DNA of 11,973 nt from an uncultured archaeon (lineage in GTDB: Archaea > Altiarchaeota > Altiarchaeia > IMC4 > SCGC-AAA252-I15): NCBI GenBank assembly GCA_964587725.1, contig CAZPLO010000016.1:16597-28569 (forward strand), read 5' to 3'. Position numbers and translations under genes: made by a program. Shown here piece after piece: positions 1 to 7,887 of this stretch (positions within the stretch are counted from its first letter, which is position 1; each line of letters starts with the position of its first letter). The notes under the pieces are model-generated. The model was not told where the DNA came from and made no database searches. It saw only the letters and a list, made by a program, of their open reading frames with translations.

Positions 1-2078
1 ACGCACTTGCAGTTCACGCACTGCAGGCCGCCGGGGCAGTTGTAGACTGTTGCGCCGTCCCAGTTGTTGTAGTTGGGGTTGTCTGCGAGGTCGCATTCTT
101 CGCTGCCGCCGCCGGGCGTAGCAGCCGTGCTCAAGTAGCCGTCGCCGCACCGGGGCGTGATAACCATGTCCTGCACGGTCGTCGACGTCGTTGAAGAAGT
201 GGTGGTCGTGGTGGTGCTGCCGGTGTCATCCGGCTGGGTGGTGCTGGTTGAAACATAGTCCCTAATTGTTGTGGTCGTGTAATAAATATACGTGGTCGTC
301 GTCGTGTAGGATGTGGTCGTAGTCACGTAGGTTGTGGTGGTGACGGTGTCGTCTTCACCGCCCGCGTCACCCAACAGCAGGTCTTCGTCGCTGCCGGGTG
401 TGGTCGACGCCATCCCGTCTGATATGCCGTCGACGCCGACGACAATGTCGCCGGGCAGGTTCATGCTGCCGAATACGGTGTGGGTTGACAAATCAATGAC
501 GTCCACGAAGCCGAAGCCCAACCCGGTCGTCAGCGTCGATACCGCGTTGGCGGGCACGTTGGTGATGATGTCGATGTAGGCCGCCTGCTTGCTCGACGGA
601 GCAGCCAGTTTCCCCGCGTTCACCGTCAGCAGGGGGTCCACGTCCGCCTTATAGTCGGCGCTCAAGTCGATGGTCTTCACCACCGAACGCGAGGTGAGGT
701 CCACGACCACGATTTTACCGCGGCCCGGCCTCCTCACAGGCACATACGCCCTCCTCCCGTCCTCGGTTATCTGCAGGTCCACGTTGGTCTGCAGTTCCCC
801 TGGCAGCTGAATGACCTTCAACACCTTCCCGTTCGCGGGGTCTATGATGTCGAGGTAGGCTGTGGTTCCGCGCTGGCTCAACGCCAGCACCACGCTTCCG
901 TCGGGCACGTGCTTCGAGTCCACTCCGTGGACCAGGTCCCCCGACAGCCGCACACTGTATTTCAGCTGCTTCCCAGTAACGTCTATGACGTCCAAGAAGC
1001 CCTGATTACCTTTAGTAACTGGAATGTATGCGTAGCGTTCATCCGGCAGATAATAGGCGTCGACGCTCTCCTTCAACGTGCCAGTCAACTCTATGCGGCG
1101 CTGTATGCTCATCGCCTTCGCCTCGATGATGGTGAGGAACCCCCGTGTCGTGGTCCTCGTGGGCACCAGCAGTATCTCGCCGTTGCTCTTCAGTTTCGCG
1201 TCCACGTCCTGTTCAAGGGCGCCGTCGACGCCCAGCCGCTTCAGCACGCTCCCCCCGGCTATGTCTATGAAGTTGACGTTGCTTCCGACCGTCGGCTTCA
1301 CCGTCGGCATGAAGGCCCGTGACCCGTCGGGGTTTATGACGCAGTCCACGCCCTCTTTAAGGTCGCCCTGGAGGAACAGCTTACCGGTTATCGTGTTAGA
1401 CCCCAGGTTGATTAATTCGATGAAGCTGTTGCTGGCGTCCTGCCTCGACGGCATCAACGCTGTGCTGCCGTCCGGCGTCACCTGAACGTCCACGTCAATC
1501 TTCGGCTCGCCAGCCAAGGGCAGCGTCTTCACAATGGACTTCCCAGCCAAGTCTATGACGTCCAAGCTGCTTTTCGTCGGCATCAGCGCCTTCCCAACGC
1601 CGACGGGCAGGACGTCCAATCCCGTCACCAGCTCGCCTGAAAGCTTCACACTCCCGGCCAGCCCCAGCGCGTTCATGTCCACTACGTCCAGGAAGTTGTT
1701 GATCCCGTCGTGCGTGGGCTGAAGCAGCTGGTTGTTGTTCGGCGTTAAAACGGGGTCGACGTCGTTCACCAACAGTCCCGTCAAAGCAACCCTCCTGCTC
1801 TGAAGATTTGATTTCACGGTGGTGGTTGTGGGGGGGAGTGTGGTGGTGGCCCCCGCAGCCCCTGCGACGGTGGTTGTGGCGCCCGCCATGGTTGTGGTCA
1901 CCCGTAGGGTGGTGGTTGTTTCGTCGCGGTCGCACACGCCGTTGCCGTCCCGGTCCAAACAGCATTCGCCGCCCACCTTGATGTACGGTGGGTTGCACAC
2001 TACGTCGTCCCCAGAGGGGGGGTTTATGCATCCAGCCAACAAAACGCCCAACACAAAAAATACCAGAAGGTTTTTCAC
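1..2078 (-). CDS. Large surface lipoprotein with YVTN-like beta-propeller repeats, Thr-rich linkers and a C-terminal Cys-rich CGDG...EECD repeat (3' end beyond window)
   Basis: Hand translation of a stop-free minus frame absent from the ORF track. GTG at 2078 gives MKNLLVFFVLGVLLAG-C (lipobox), then CNPPYIKVGGECCLDRDGNGVCDRDE and a TTTT linker. About 9-10 repeats of ~47 aa follow (LxGxLxx[GD]VD...PDG...P...[FY]LDVID), then a second Thr-rich linker and RCGDGYLS...EECD...NCPGGLQCVNCKC at the window edge. An in-frame ATG at 2114 is a less likely start. Confidence 0.88.
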   Translation of the reverse strand, partial: MKNLLVFFVLGVLLAGCINPPSGDDVVCNPPYIKVGGECCLDRDGNGVCDRDETTTTLRVTTTMAGATTTVAGAAGATTTLPPTTTTVKSNLQSRRVALTGLLVNDVDPVLTPNNNQLLQPTHDGINNFLDVVDMNALGLAGSVKLSGELVTGLDVLPVGVGKALMPTKSSLDVIDLAGKSIVKTLPLAGEPKIDVDVQVTPDGSTALMPSRQDASNSFIELINLGSNTITGKLFLQGDLKEGVDCVINPDGSRAFMPTVKPTVGSNVNFIDIAGGSVLKRLGVDGALEQDVDAKLKSNGEILLVPTRTTTRGFLTIIEAKAMSIQRRIELTGTLKESVDAYYLPDERYAYIPVTKGNQGFLDVIDVTGKQLKYSVRLSGDLVHGVDSKHVPDGSVVLALSQRGTTAYLDIIDPANGKVLKVIQLPGELQTNVDLQITEDGRRAYVPVRRPGRGKIVVVDLTSRSVVKTIDLSADYKADVDPLLTVNAGKLAAPSSKQAAYIDIITNVPANAVSTLTTGLGFGFVDVIDLSTHTVFGSMNLPGDIVVGVDGISDGMASTTPGSDEDLLLGDAGGEDDTVTTTTYVTTTTSYTTTTTYIYYTTTTIRDYVSTSTTQPDDTGSTTTTTTSSTTSTTVQDMVITPRCGDGYLSTAATPGGGSEECDLADNPNYNNWDGATVYNCPGGLQCVNCKC

Positions 2079-2101
2079 TTCAACCACCACTGTTGAAGTG
2101 A
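2075..2101. promoter_or_regulatory. Perfect 10-bp inverted repeat over the start codon/RBS of the propeller lipoprotein
   Basis: TCACTTCAAC-CACCACT-GTTGAAGTGA. It includes the GTG start (2076-2078) and a GGTGG-like SD, and lies just downstream of a TATA-like TTTTAAA (minus strand, 2114-2120). Confidence 0.5.
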
Positions 2102-2122
2102 TGGGATGCTGCATTTAAAAGT

Positions 2123-2872
2123 CTACGCAGCCTGCGCCTCGAGTATGGTTCTGACGCCCGTGTTTGTTTTAAGCAGCCCACGGATCAGTGTGTGGTTGAG
2201 GGCGCGGGTCCTAATCTTCTCAGCAACCTTCAACGCAACCACCTTGTGTTCGCCGGAGTTGTATTCCTGCAGCCGCTCCATCAGCCGGGTTTTCTCGGCC
2301 TCGCTGCCTTCGGACATGATATACGCTATCTTCTCCCTGAAGGCGGGGTTAACCTCAGCAGGGATTGGTTCCTGGACGGCCCTCACCTCCGCCACCTGCA
2401 CCCTGTTGGACGTCAGCTCCGTTTCACGTTCCATTGCCATCTTACGGTTGGCTACGGCGTTAACCACCTTCCAGGTGAGCCGGCGGTCGCTGCCGTTCAC
2501 TATCTTCGCCTTCATCTCCTCATCCAGGGTCTGGGTTAACGTGTTGAATGTGCGCGCCAGCTCGCTCACCGACCCCTCATAACCCATGGAGTCGAGGTCC
2601 TGTTCAGCCAGCATCCACTGCACCCTGTTCTCGTCCCGCGTCCTGCTGAGGTTCAGTTCAGGCAGCGGCGGCGGGGTGACTCGTTCGGCGGTGTAGTTGG
2701 TTCGGGTCATGTTACCCTCCAAACCCTTCTTCAGCGCCATAACCCTGGGGGCCTCCTCCACCATGGTCTCCCCAATCAACTCCGTTATCTCCCCCACCGT
2801 GGAGCCTACCTCCTCGGCCATGCTTGCCTCCGCGGCGGAGGCCAGCAGCAACACCATCAACGCAGCCTTCAT
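2123..2872 (-). CDS. Secreted protein of unknown function (249 aa, signal peptide, probably helical, Glu/Arg-rich)
   Basis: ORF-track frame 2123..3085 trimmed to ATG 2872, which gives MKAALMVLLLASAAEA (signal peptide with AxA site). TTTTATA lies ~25 bp upstream. The longer start overlaps the neighbouring gene. Confidence 0.75.
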   Translation of the reverse strand: MKAALMVLLLASAAEASMAEEVGSTVGEITELIGETMVEEAPRVMALKKGLEGNMTRTNYTAERVTPPPLPELNLSRTRDENRVQWMLAEQDLDSMGYEGSVSELARTFNTLTQTLDEEMKAKIVNGSDRRLTWKVVNAVANRKMAMERETELTSNRVQVAEVRAVQEPIPAEVNPAFREKIAYIMSEGSEAEKTRLMERLQEYNSGEHKVVALKVAEKIRTRALNHTLIRGLLKTNTGVRTILEAQAA

Positions 2873-2896
2873 CGTTATCTTACCACGCATGAACGG

Positions 2897-2903
2897 TATA
2901 AAA
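2897..2903 (-). promoter_or_regulatory. TATA box (likely leaderless/short-leader transcript)
   Basis: TTTTATA on the minus strand ending 25 bp before ATG 2872. Confidence 0.55.
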
Positions 2904-2925
2904 GTCGTGGGTGAACAACCCTGAA

Positions 2926-3789
2926 CTACAGCTCTTTGAACCACTTCGTCACCTCCACGTAGTGGGTTGTGTTGGCTCTGTCCACTTCCACGATGTTTTT
3001 GCGCTCCAAATTGTTCAACGCCAGGGCGAGGCTGCTTTTGGAGATGCCGGCGGACCTCTCCAGGTCGTTGCGGCGCATCCCGCACTTGTTCTTCAGCAGC
3101 GTGTCCACGACCTTGTATTCGTTGCCGCTCAATGTACGCATAACCTTGCGCATCCCTGAGGTGGGTCCCCGTCGTTTCAACGCCGCATACCCTGCGGCGG
3201 CGGCAGCCAAAACCACGACGAACAGGAGGCCAGCGAGCAGTATTGCGTTATCCCCGTCAGCAGGCAACGTTGTGGTGGTCGTTGAAGCCGTGGTGGTTGT
3301 CGTCTGCAGTGTCGTCGGCGTAACCGGCGCAGCCTGGAAATCATACTCCACTGTGATGCTGTCTGTGCTGTCCCACACCAGGTTCATGGAGTCAGGGGTC
3401 TCGCTGAACGCGGCCGCGGGGTCGGTGGATTTCACGTTCGCGTCCTTCGGCAGCGACACCAGCACCGGGTAGTAGCCGCCAAAGCTCATGTCCAATGTCC
3501 ACCCGCCCCCAGTCTTAGCGGTTATCATCGACGTCTGATAAGCGACGGTCACCGGTTCGCCGTCCGGCAATGAGACTTCAACGCCGTCTGCGGACTCCAC
3601 ATACAGTGCATTCAACACCTCAGGGTAGGTGACGTCCAAAGGCAGGGGGATGTCCACGGTCCCCGGCCCCTCCAGGGCAATCAATACGAGGGCGTTGCCG
3701 TTCTCCTCCACAACCACACTGTATTCCCCTGATTGGGCGGATGCTGCATGCATCAGCAGCAGAATAACCAGCAGGCCAGCCTTCCTCAT
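2926..3789 (-). CDS. Membrane-anchored winged-HTH transcriptional regulator (COG2512-like): signal peptide, extracellular beta domain, Thr linker, TM helix, cytoplasmic wHTH
   Basis: Signal MRKAGLLVILLLMHAASA; TTTTTASTTTTT linker; TM AILLAGLLFVVVLAAAAAGYAAL followed by KRR; C-terminal LSGNEYKVVDTL...RNDLERSAGISKSSLALALNNLERKNIVEV...HYVEVT has the wHTH pattern. Confidence 0.85.
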   Translation of the reverse strand: MRKAGLLVILLLMHAASAQSGEYSVVVEENGNALVLIALEGPGTVDIPLPLDVTYPEVLNALYVESADGVEVSLPDGEPVTVAYQTSMITAKTGGGWTLDMSFGGYYPVLVSLPKDANVKSTDPAAAFSETPDSMNLVWDSTDSITVEYDFQAAPVTPTTLQTTTTTASTTTTTLPADGDNAILLAGLLFVVVLAAAAAGYAALKRRGPTSGMRKVMRTLSGNEYKVVDTLLKNKCGMRRNDLERSAGISKSSLALALNNLERKNIVEVDRANTTHYVEVTKWFKEL

Positions 3790-3812
3790 CCCATGATATT
3801 ACGTTTAACTGC

Positions 3813-3819
3813 ATTAAAA
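3813..3819 (-). promoter_or_regulatory. TATA box of the wHTH gene
   Basis: TTTTAAT on the minus strand ending 24 bp before ATG 3789. Confidence 0.5.
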
Positions 3820-3840
3820 GAAGCCGGTTTTTGTTTCGGT

Positions 3841-5787
3841 TCAGGCCTTATCAACTCTCCCGTATTTGGTGAGGGCGTGCATCAGCTTCTCCAACGTGAA
3901 CCATTTCACCACCGTGTAGACGTCGTTGACGCCCACTGGAACGAGCACCTTCTCCACCGTATCGGATGCTACCCCCTGCCGCGCCTCCTCTGGGTCCACT
4001 ATCATCCCCTCCCGCCCGTGCCGGACCTCCACGCCCGCGGGCCGTTCTTCAAGGGCTGCGCCGGCGGTTATGAACACGAACGGCACCGCGTCAGGGGACA
4101 GGAGCGGGTCCTTCACACCCTTCCTCTTTCCCCGCTCCCGGTATCGTTCGGAGCTGGGCATCGACAGCGCCGTCGGATAAATCGCCTCCAGTTTGGTGGG
4201 GTCGTCGCGGGCATGTAGTGTGGCTAGCACGCAGTAGAATTTCAGCGAGTCCGGGCGTTCACGGTCCATCGTCCTCTTCTTCTCCCCCTCCTTGGTGAGT
4301 TCTCCTATAACCTGGCCGCGGTGGTGGAACCCCAGCCAGTATTTCCGCCCCTCCCACTCCACCGGCAGGGGTGCGGGGCCTGTCCCGTACCAATGGGGTC
4401 CGTCCAAGTCTATGTCGTAGAAGTCGCTGTCCTGGTAGTGTTTCAGCAAATCCCTTAACCTGGCGTCGAATACGGGTTTGTTCCGAGCCTCCCACAACCG
4501 CATCTCCGGCATGTAGGGGTGGAGGTGATTGTACTTCCTCGGGTTCCTGTTATAGTCTTCACGGATTCTCATCCAGAACCGGTTCTTCTCCTCCGAACTC
4601 ATCCGCGTCAAATTTATTACGTCGTCGATGCTGTCGAATGTCACAGCCTGTATGCCTGGTTTGAAACGCACCAGCAACCCAACTTTGCCGTTTATTCTCT
4701 CCGGAAACAAGGCGGCGTCTTTCGCGTCCACGCCGTACTCGTTCACCTCCATGATGGTGCCCAACTCCCTCCTCGACTCGAACGGGCTCTCCAGGTCGTC
4801 TACGACCGTTAATCCAACGCCTAGGCGGTCTGTCTTCTTGGGGTCCGGCAGTAGCGTGTAGGTGAGGTATGTTTTCCCCTCGAACATGGTTGTGCGCACG
4901 TCCTCCCGAGATTTGTCGTCGTCTATCAACGGCAGCTTATTCCAGTTGATGCCGTCTTCAACCCGTCTGCCGTGCAGTATGTGCGACCTGTAACCGGGGC
5001 TGCCGCTCCCCACCCCCCTGGCGAAAACATGCTCTTCCCCCGCCGGCGACAGCATGAACAACACCCGGTCCGCGTAGGGGTGTCCTTTTATCGGCGTCTC
5101 CAGCTGCGGCCGGTCCTCACGGGGTATGTCGCAGATGCCCCCTTCTTCAAATATCCTCCGCCACCCCACGCCTTCGTCAGTGAGTTCACCGCCTAACTCG
5201 AACCTTCTCATCCACTCCCTGCCTTCAGCCTCCGCCCCACCAACTTCAACCCGGTTTCCTATGAGTGTTTGGTGGAATTCTCCTTCGACGGCGGGGTTTT
5301 TGATGCTGTGGGAAGGCATACCCCACACTTTCACGACACCGCTATCCAATCCCTGGTTGGCGTTGAACTCCGCCAGCACCCTCTCACCCTCCGCCGAGTC
5401 CTCGGACACCGTAAGCCTGTTTTTACCGTCGTCGAATCTGAGTGTCAGATTGTGTGTCACCCGCGGCCTGAGGTGCCTCATATGCTCGTTGGGGTTTTCA
5501 CGTTCAGTGATTACCGTCCACCTGTTCCTGTCTTCCCTGTCCCTGGTGACCGACTGCACTTCACCGTAGTCCAGCCCCAAATCCTTGAAGCCGTCTGTCA
5601 ACCCCCCCGTGTCGACGTCGTCCTCCAGCCTGAACTTATACTCCCCAGCTCGTTCAGCCAGCTCTCTATCCCGTTCAACCTGCCTCCACAGACTCCTACC
5701 CCCGCCCTCCCTGGCGGGCAGGTCCTTCAGAGCATCCATGAAACCCGGGTCCTCCGGGGTTATAATCCTCTTCCGCTTCTCGGCCAT
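3841..5787 (-). CDS. GH130/DUF377-like five-bladed propeller glycosidase or glycoside phosphorylase with long N-terminal extension
   Basis: GH130-like motifs in the expected order: HVFARG...S...DGINW, EDVR...GKTYLTYT (cf. EDPR...YxxYT), KDAALFPERINGKVGLLVR (cf. KDxxLFPEKINGK...HR), GTGPAP...WLGFHH, VPFVFITAGA (cf. VPNVVFPCG), VGVND (cf. YGAAD). No signal peptide. Confidence 0.75.
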   Translation of the reverse strand: MAEKRKRIITPEDPGFMDALKDLPAREGGGRSLWRQVERDRELAERAGEYKFRLEDDVDTGGLTDGFKDLGLDYGEVQSVTRDREDRNRWTVITERENPNEHMRHLRPRVTHNLTLRFDDGKNRLTVSEDSAEGERVLAEFNANQGLDSGVVKVWGMPSHSIKNPAVEGEFHQTLIGNRVEVGGAEAEGREWMRRFELGGELTDEGVGWRRIFEEGGICDIPREDRPQLETPIKGHPYADRVLFMLSPAGEEHVFARGVGSGSPGYRSHILHGRRVEDGINWNKLPLIDDDKSREDVRTTMFEGKTYLTYTLLPDPKKTDRLGVGLTVVDDLESPFESRRELGTIMEVNEYGVDAKDAALFPERINGKVGLLVRFKPGIQAVTFDSIDDVINLTRMSSEEKNRFWMRIREDYNRNPRKYNHLHPYMPEMRLWEARNKPVFDARLRDLLKHYQDSDFYDIDLDGPHWYGTGPAPLPVEWEGRKYWLGFHHRGQVIGELTKEGEKKRTMDRERPDSLKFYCVLATLHARDDPTKLEAIYPTALSMPSSERYRERGKRKGVKDPLLSPDAVPFVFITAGAALEERPAGVEVRHGREGMIVDPEEARQGVASDTVEKVLVPVGVNDVYTVVKWFTLEKLMHALTKYGRVDKA

Positions 5788-5812
5788 TGTTCAATATTTG
5801 GGTAGGATTCGG

Positions 5813-5819
5813 ATAAAAA
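5813..5819 (-). promoter_or_regulatory. TATA box of the GH130-like gene
   Basis: TTTTTAT on the minus strand ending 26 bp before ATG 5787, with no SD in between. Confidence 0.5.
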
Positions 5820-5826
5820 CCCAACA

Positions 5827-5994
5827 CTATCCTTTCTTACTTTTCACGCGTTTGATGAGTCCCAGTCCTATCAGCGCCGGCGCCCCCACAATACACGGCG
5901 GGCATACCGCGGCGCCTAAGGCGGCTTCGCCGACAGCCAGCAACCCCAGCACGCCCCCAGCCGCCAGTTCACCGCCCCCATCATTCTGCCCCAT
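5827..5994 (-). CDS. Small (55 aa) membrane protein with CPPC motif
   Basis: Hand translation: MGQNDGGGELAAGGVLGLLAVGEAALGAAVCPPCIVGAPALIGLGLIKRVKSKKG*. It fills the gap between two AT-rich spacers and has hydrophobic Gly/Ala segments, a CxxC and a basic tail. Too short for the ORF track. Confidence 0.72.
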   Translation of the reverse strand: MGQNDGGGELAAGGVLGLLAVGEAALGAAVCPPCIVGAPALIGLGLIKRVKSKKG

Positions 5995-6034
5995 ATTTAT
6001 AATAATCTACTACTATCCTAAAAGGTGCTGTAAT
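5995..6034. promoter_or_regulatory. Compact 40-bp divergent promoter region
   Basis: AT-rich spacer with TTTATAA (5996-6002, +) and SD AGGTG (6023-6027) before ATG 6035. A weaker TTTTAGG on the minus strand (6017-6023) lies ~23 bp before ATG 5994. Confidence 0.55.
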
Positions 6035-6781
6035 ATGCCGTTGCTGGATGTTAAGCAGTTGTCTGTGGAGGTGGACGGTAAAACCATCATCGACGACGTG
6101 GAATTGAAGCTGGACCCCAGCGAAAAATACGTGCTGTTCGGGCCGAACGGCAGCGGCAAAACCAGCCTGGTCAACGCCATCATGGGGCTGCCGGAGTACC
6201 GTCTGAAAAAAGGAACTATAGTGTTCGACGGCGTGGACGTAACAGACAAGCCCATAGACGAGCGGGTGAAGCTGGGGATGGGTTTGGCGTTCCAGCTGCC
6301 GCCGGAGATAACCGGGGTTAAGTTACGGGACATGATGAGGATATGCTTGGGTTTGAACCACCGTCAGACACTCCCGGGTGAGGCGTTGGAGCTGGCTGAC
6401 TCATTCAACCTCACAGGCTTCCTGGACAGGGACATAAACCGGGGGTTCAGCGGCGGCGAACGGAAGCGCGCCGAAATACTGCAGATGCTGCTGATGAAAC
6501 CCAAACTGCTGCTGCTGGATGAGCCGGACAGCGGCGTCGACATAGAAAGCCTGAAGCTCGTCGGCGAAGCGGTTGAAAACTACTTGAACGCGTCCGGCGC
6601 GTCAGCCCTCGTAATAACCCACCACGGCCAGATACTCGAACACGTTAAGGCGAAGCGGGCGTGCGTGTTCATGGAGAAAATCATCTACTGCCAGAGCAGC
6701 CCCCAGGAGATAATAGAGTCGATACGGGCGAGGGGGTATGAGTTCTGTCTGGAATGCCAGAGGAGGCGGAAGAGTGGGTGA
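6035..6781 (+). CDS. sufC: Fe-S cluster assembly ABC ATPase, SufC/SmsC type
   Basis: Walker A GPNGSGKT, signature FSGGERKR, Walker B LLLLDEPDSG, H-loop ITH. C-terminal C-X18-C-X2-C (YC...FCLEC) is typical of archaeal SmsC. True start is ATG 6035 after AGGTG, not 5585. Confidence 0.95.
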   Translation: MPLLDVKQLSVEVDGKTIIDDVELKLDPSEKYVLFGPNGSGKTSLVNAIMGLPEYRLKKGTIVFDGVDVTDKPIDERVKLGMGLAFQLPPEITGVKLRDMMRICLGLNHRQTLPGEALELADSFNLTGFLDRDINRGFSGGERKRAEILQMLLMKPKLLLLDEPDSGVDIESLKLVGEAVENYLNASGASALVITHHGQILEHVKAKRACVFMEKIIYCQSSPQEIIESIRARGYEFCLECQRRRKSG

Positions 6782-7886
6782 GTTAACAGAGGTGCCGCAT
6801 AGGATACTTGAGGAGGCGGTTAAGGCGGGAATAGACTCCACAGGCGAAGGCAGGTCGGCCTCGTACTTCCACGTAGGCCAGAAAACCATATACTCCGCCG
6901 TGAACAAGGCCTTCGAAGGGCAGGTGGAGGTGATGGACACCAAGGAGGCGCTGAAGAAACACGACTGGCTCATCGACTACATGTGGTCTGCAGTAGACAG
7001 GGACAAGGACGAGTATACGCGGAAGGTTGATGAATACTTCAGCGGCGGATACTATATGAGAATCCTCGAAGGCGCGGACATAGACTTCCCCCTGCAAAGC
7101 TGCCTGATGATGACGGAGAAGGAGGAGCAGCGGGTCCACAACATAATAATAGCCGAGAAAAACTCTAACGCACGCATCATCTCCGGCTGCGTCGCAGACC
7201 CCCGAGCCGACGGGGGAACCCATGTGGGGGTGAGCGAATTCTACGTGAAAGAAAATGCCGCCCTGTCGTTCACGATGATACACAACTGGAGCGATGAAAC
7301 TCTGGTGAGGCCCCGCAGCGCAGCCGTGGTGGAGGGGGTGGGTTCTTTCGTGTCAAACTACATACTCTTGCAGCCGGTGGCGGACCTCCAGATGTACCCG
7401 AAGGCCACCTGCCTCGGAGAAGGCTCACGGGCCCGGTTCAACAACATCATATACGTCGGCAGGGAGTCAAAAGTCAATGCGGGCAGCGAAATAGATTTGC
7501 GGGGCCGCGGCAGCGGGGGCGAAATAATATCCCGGGTCATCGCAGCCGACCGGTCAGAGGTGACGGCGCCGGGACGCCTCCACGGCAACGCCGCAGGGGT
7601 GAAGGCGCACATGGAATGCCGCGGTCTATTACTCGATGACGGCGCATCCATACACGCGATACCGGAGCTGTACTCCCAGTACACGGACGCGGACATGAGC
7701 CACGAAGCCGCCGTCGGCAAAATCGCCGACAAGGAAATAAACTACCTCATGTCACGGGGCGTGGACCGGGACACCGCAACATCACTCATCGTCCGCGGCT
7801 TCCTCGACGTCGACATCATGGGCCTCCCCTCGAACCTGAAACAGGAATTGGATGATATAGTAGATCAGCTGGTGGAGGGCATGTAG
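6774..7886 (+). CDS. sufB: Fe-S cluster assembly scaffold, SufB/SufD family (SmsB)
   Basis: PLQSC, Q-x-VHNIIIAE, ISGC, GVSEFYV, FTMIHNW, AHMECRGLLL, IHAIPEL, SHEAAVGKI...YLMSRG...IVRGFL. GTG 6774 follows GGAGG (6762-6766) and overlaps the sufC stop by 8 nt. Confidence 0.95.
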   Translation: MGELTEVPHRILEEAVKAGIDSTGEGRSASYFHVGQKTIYSAVNKAFEGQVEVMDTKEALKKHDWLIDYMWSAVDRDKDEYTRKVDEYFSGGYYMRILEGADIDFPLQSCLMMTEKEEQRVHNIIIAEKNSNARIISGCVADPRADGGTHVGVSEFYVKENAALSFTMIHNWSDETLVRPRSAAVVEGVGSFVSNYILLQPVADLQMYPKATCLGEGSRARFNNIIYVGRESKVNAGSEIDLRGRGSGGEIISRVIAADRSEVTAPGRLHGNAAGVKAHMECRGLLLDDGASIHAIPELYSQYTDADMSHEAAVGKIADKEINYLMSRGVDRDTATSLIVRGFLDVDIMGLPSNLKQELDDIVDQLVEGM

Positions 7887-7887
7887 G

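Noticed and set aside
170-345. GTGGTC/GTCGTC-like tandem repeats (also ~1815-1920 and ~3270-3320)
   Set aside because: They simply encode Thr-rich linkers and are not independent DNA repeats.
334-2118. Plus-strand ORFs (334, 909, 1078, 1534, 1819) and minus ORF 1495..2031
   Set aside because: Shadow or alternate frames of the propeller lipoprotein, which has a lipobox and coherent repeats.
2873-3085. N-terminal extension of the 320-aa ORF
   Set aside because: It overlaps the wHTH gene by 160 bp. The signal peptide and TATA box point to ATG 2872.
2106-5805. Many plus-strand ORFs over the minus-strand genes
   Set aside because: Antisense shadows expected in GC-rich DNA; none has a recognisable motif.
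5798-5824. TTGGGT...ACCCAA inverted repeat flanking the GH130 TATA box
   Set aside because: Only 6 bp with a 15-nt spacer, which is within chance expectation.
5585-6034. 150-aa N-terminal extension of SufC (apparent fusion)
   Set aside because: It is antisense to the GH130-like gene and the CPPC peptide. SufC-like sequence and an SD begin at 6035.
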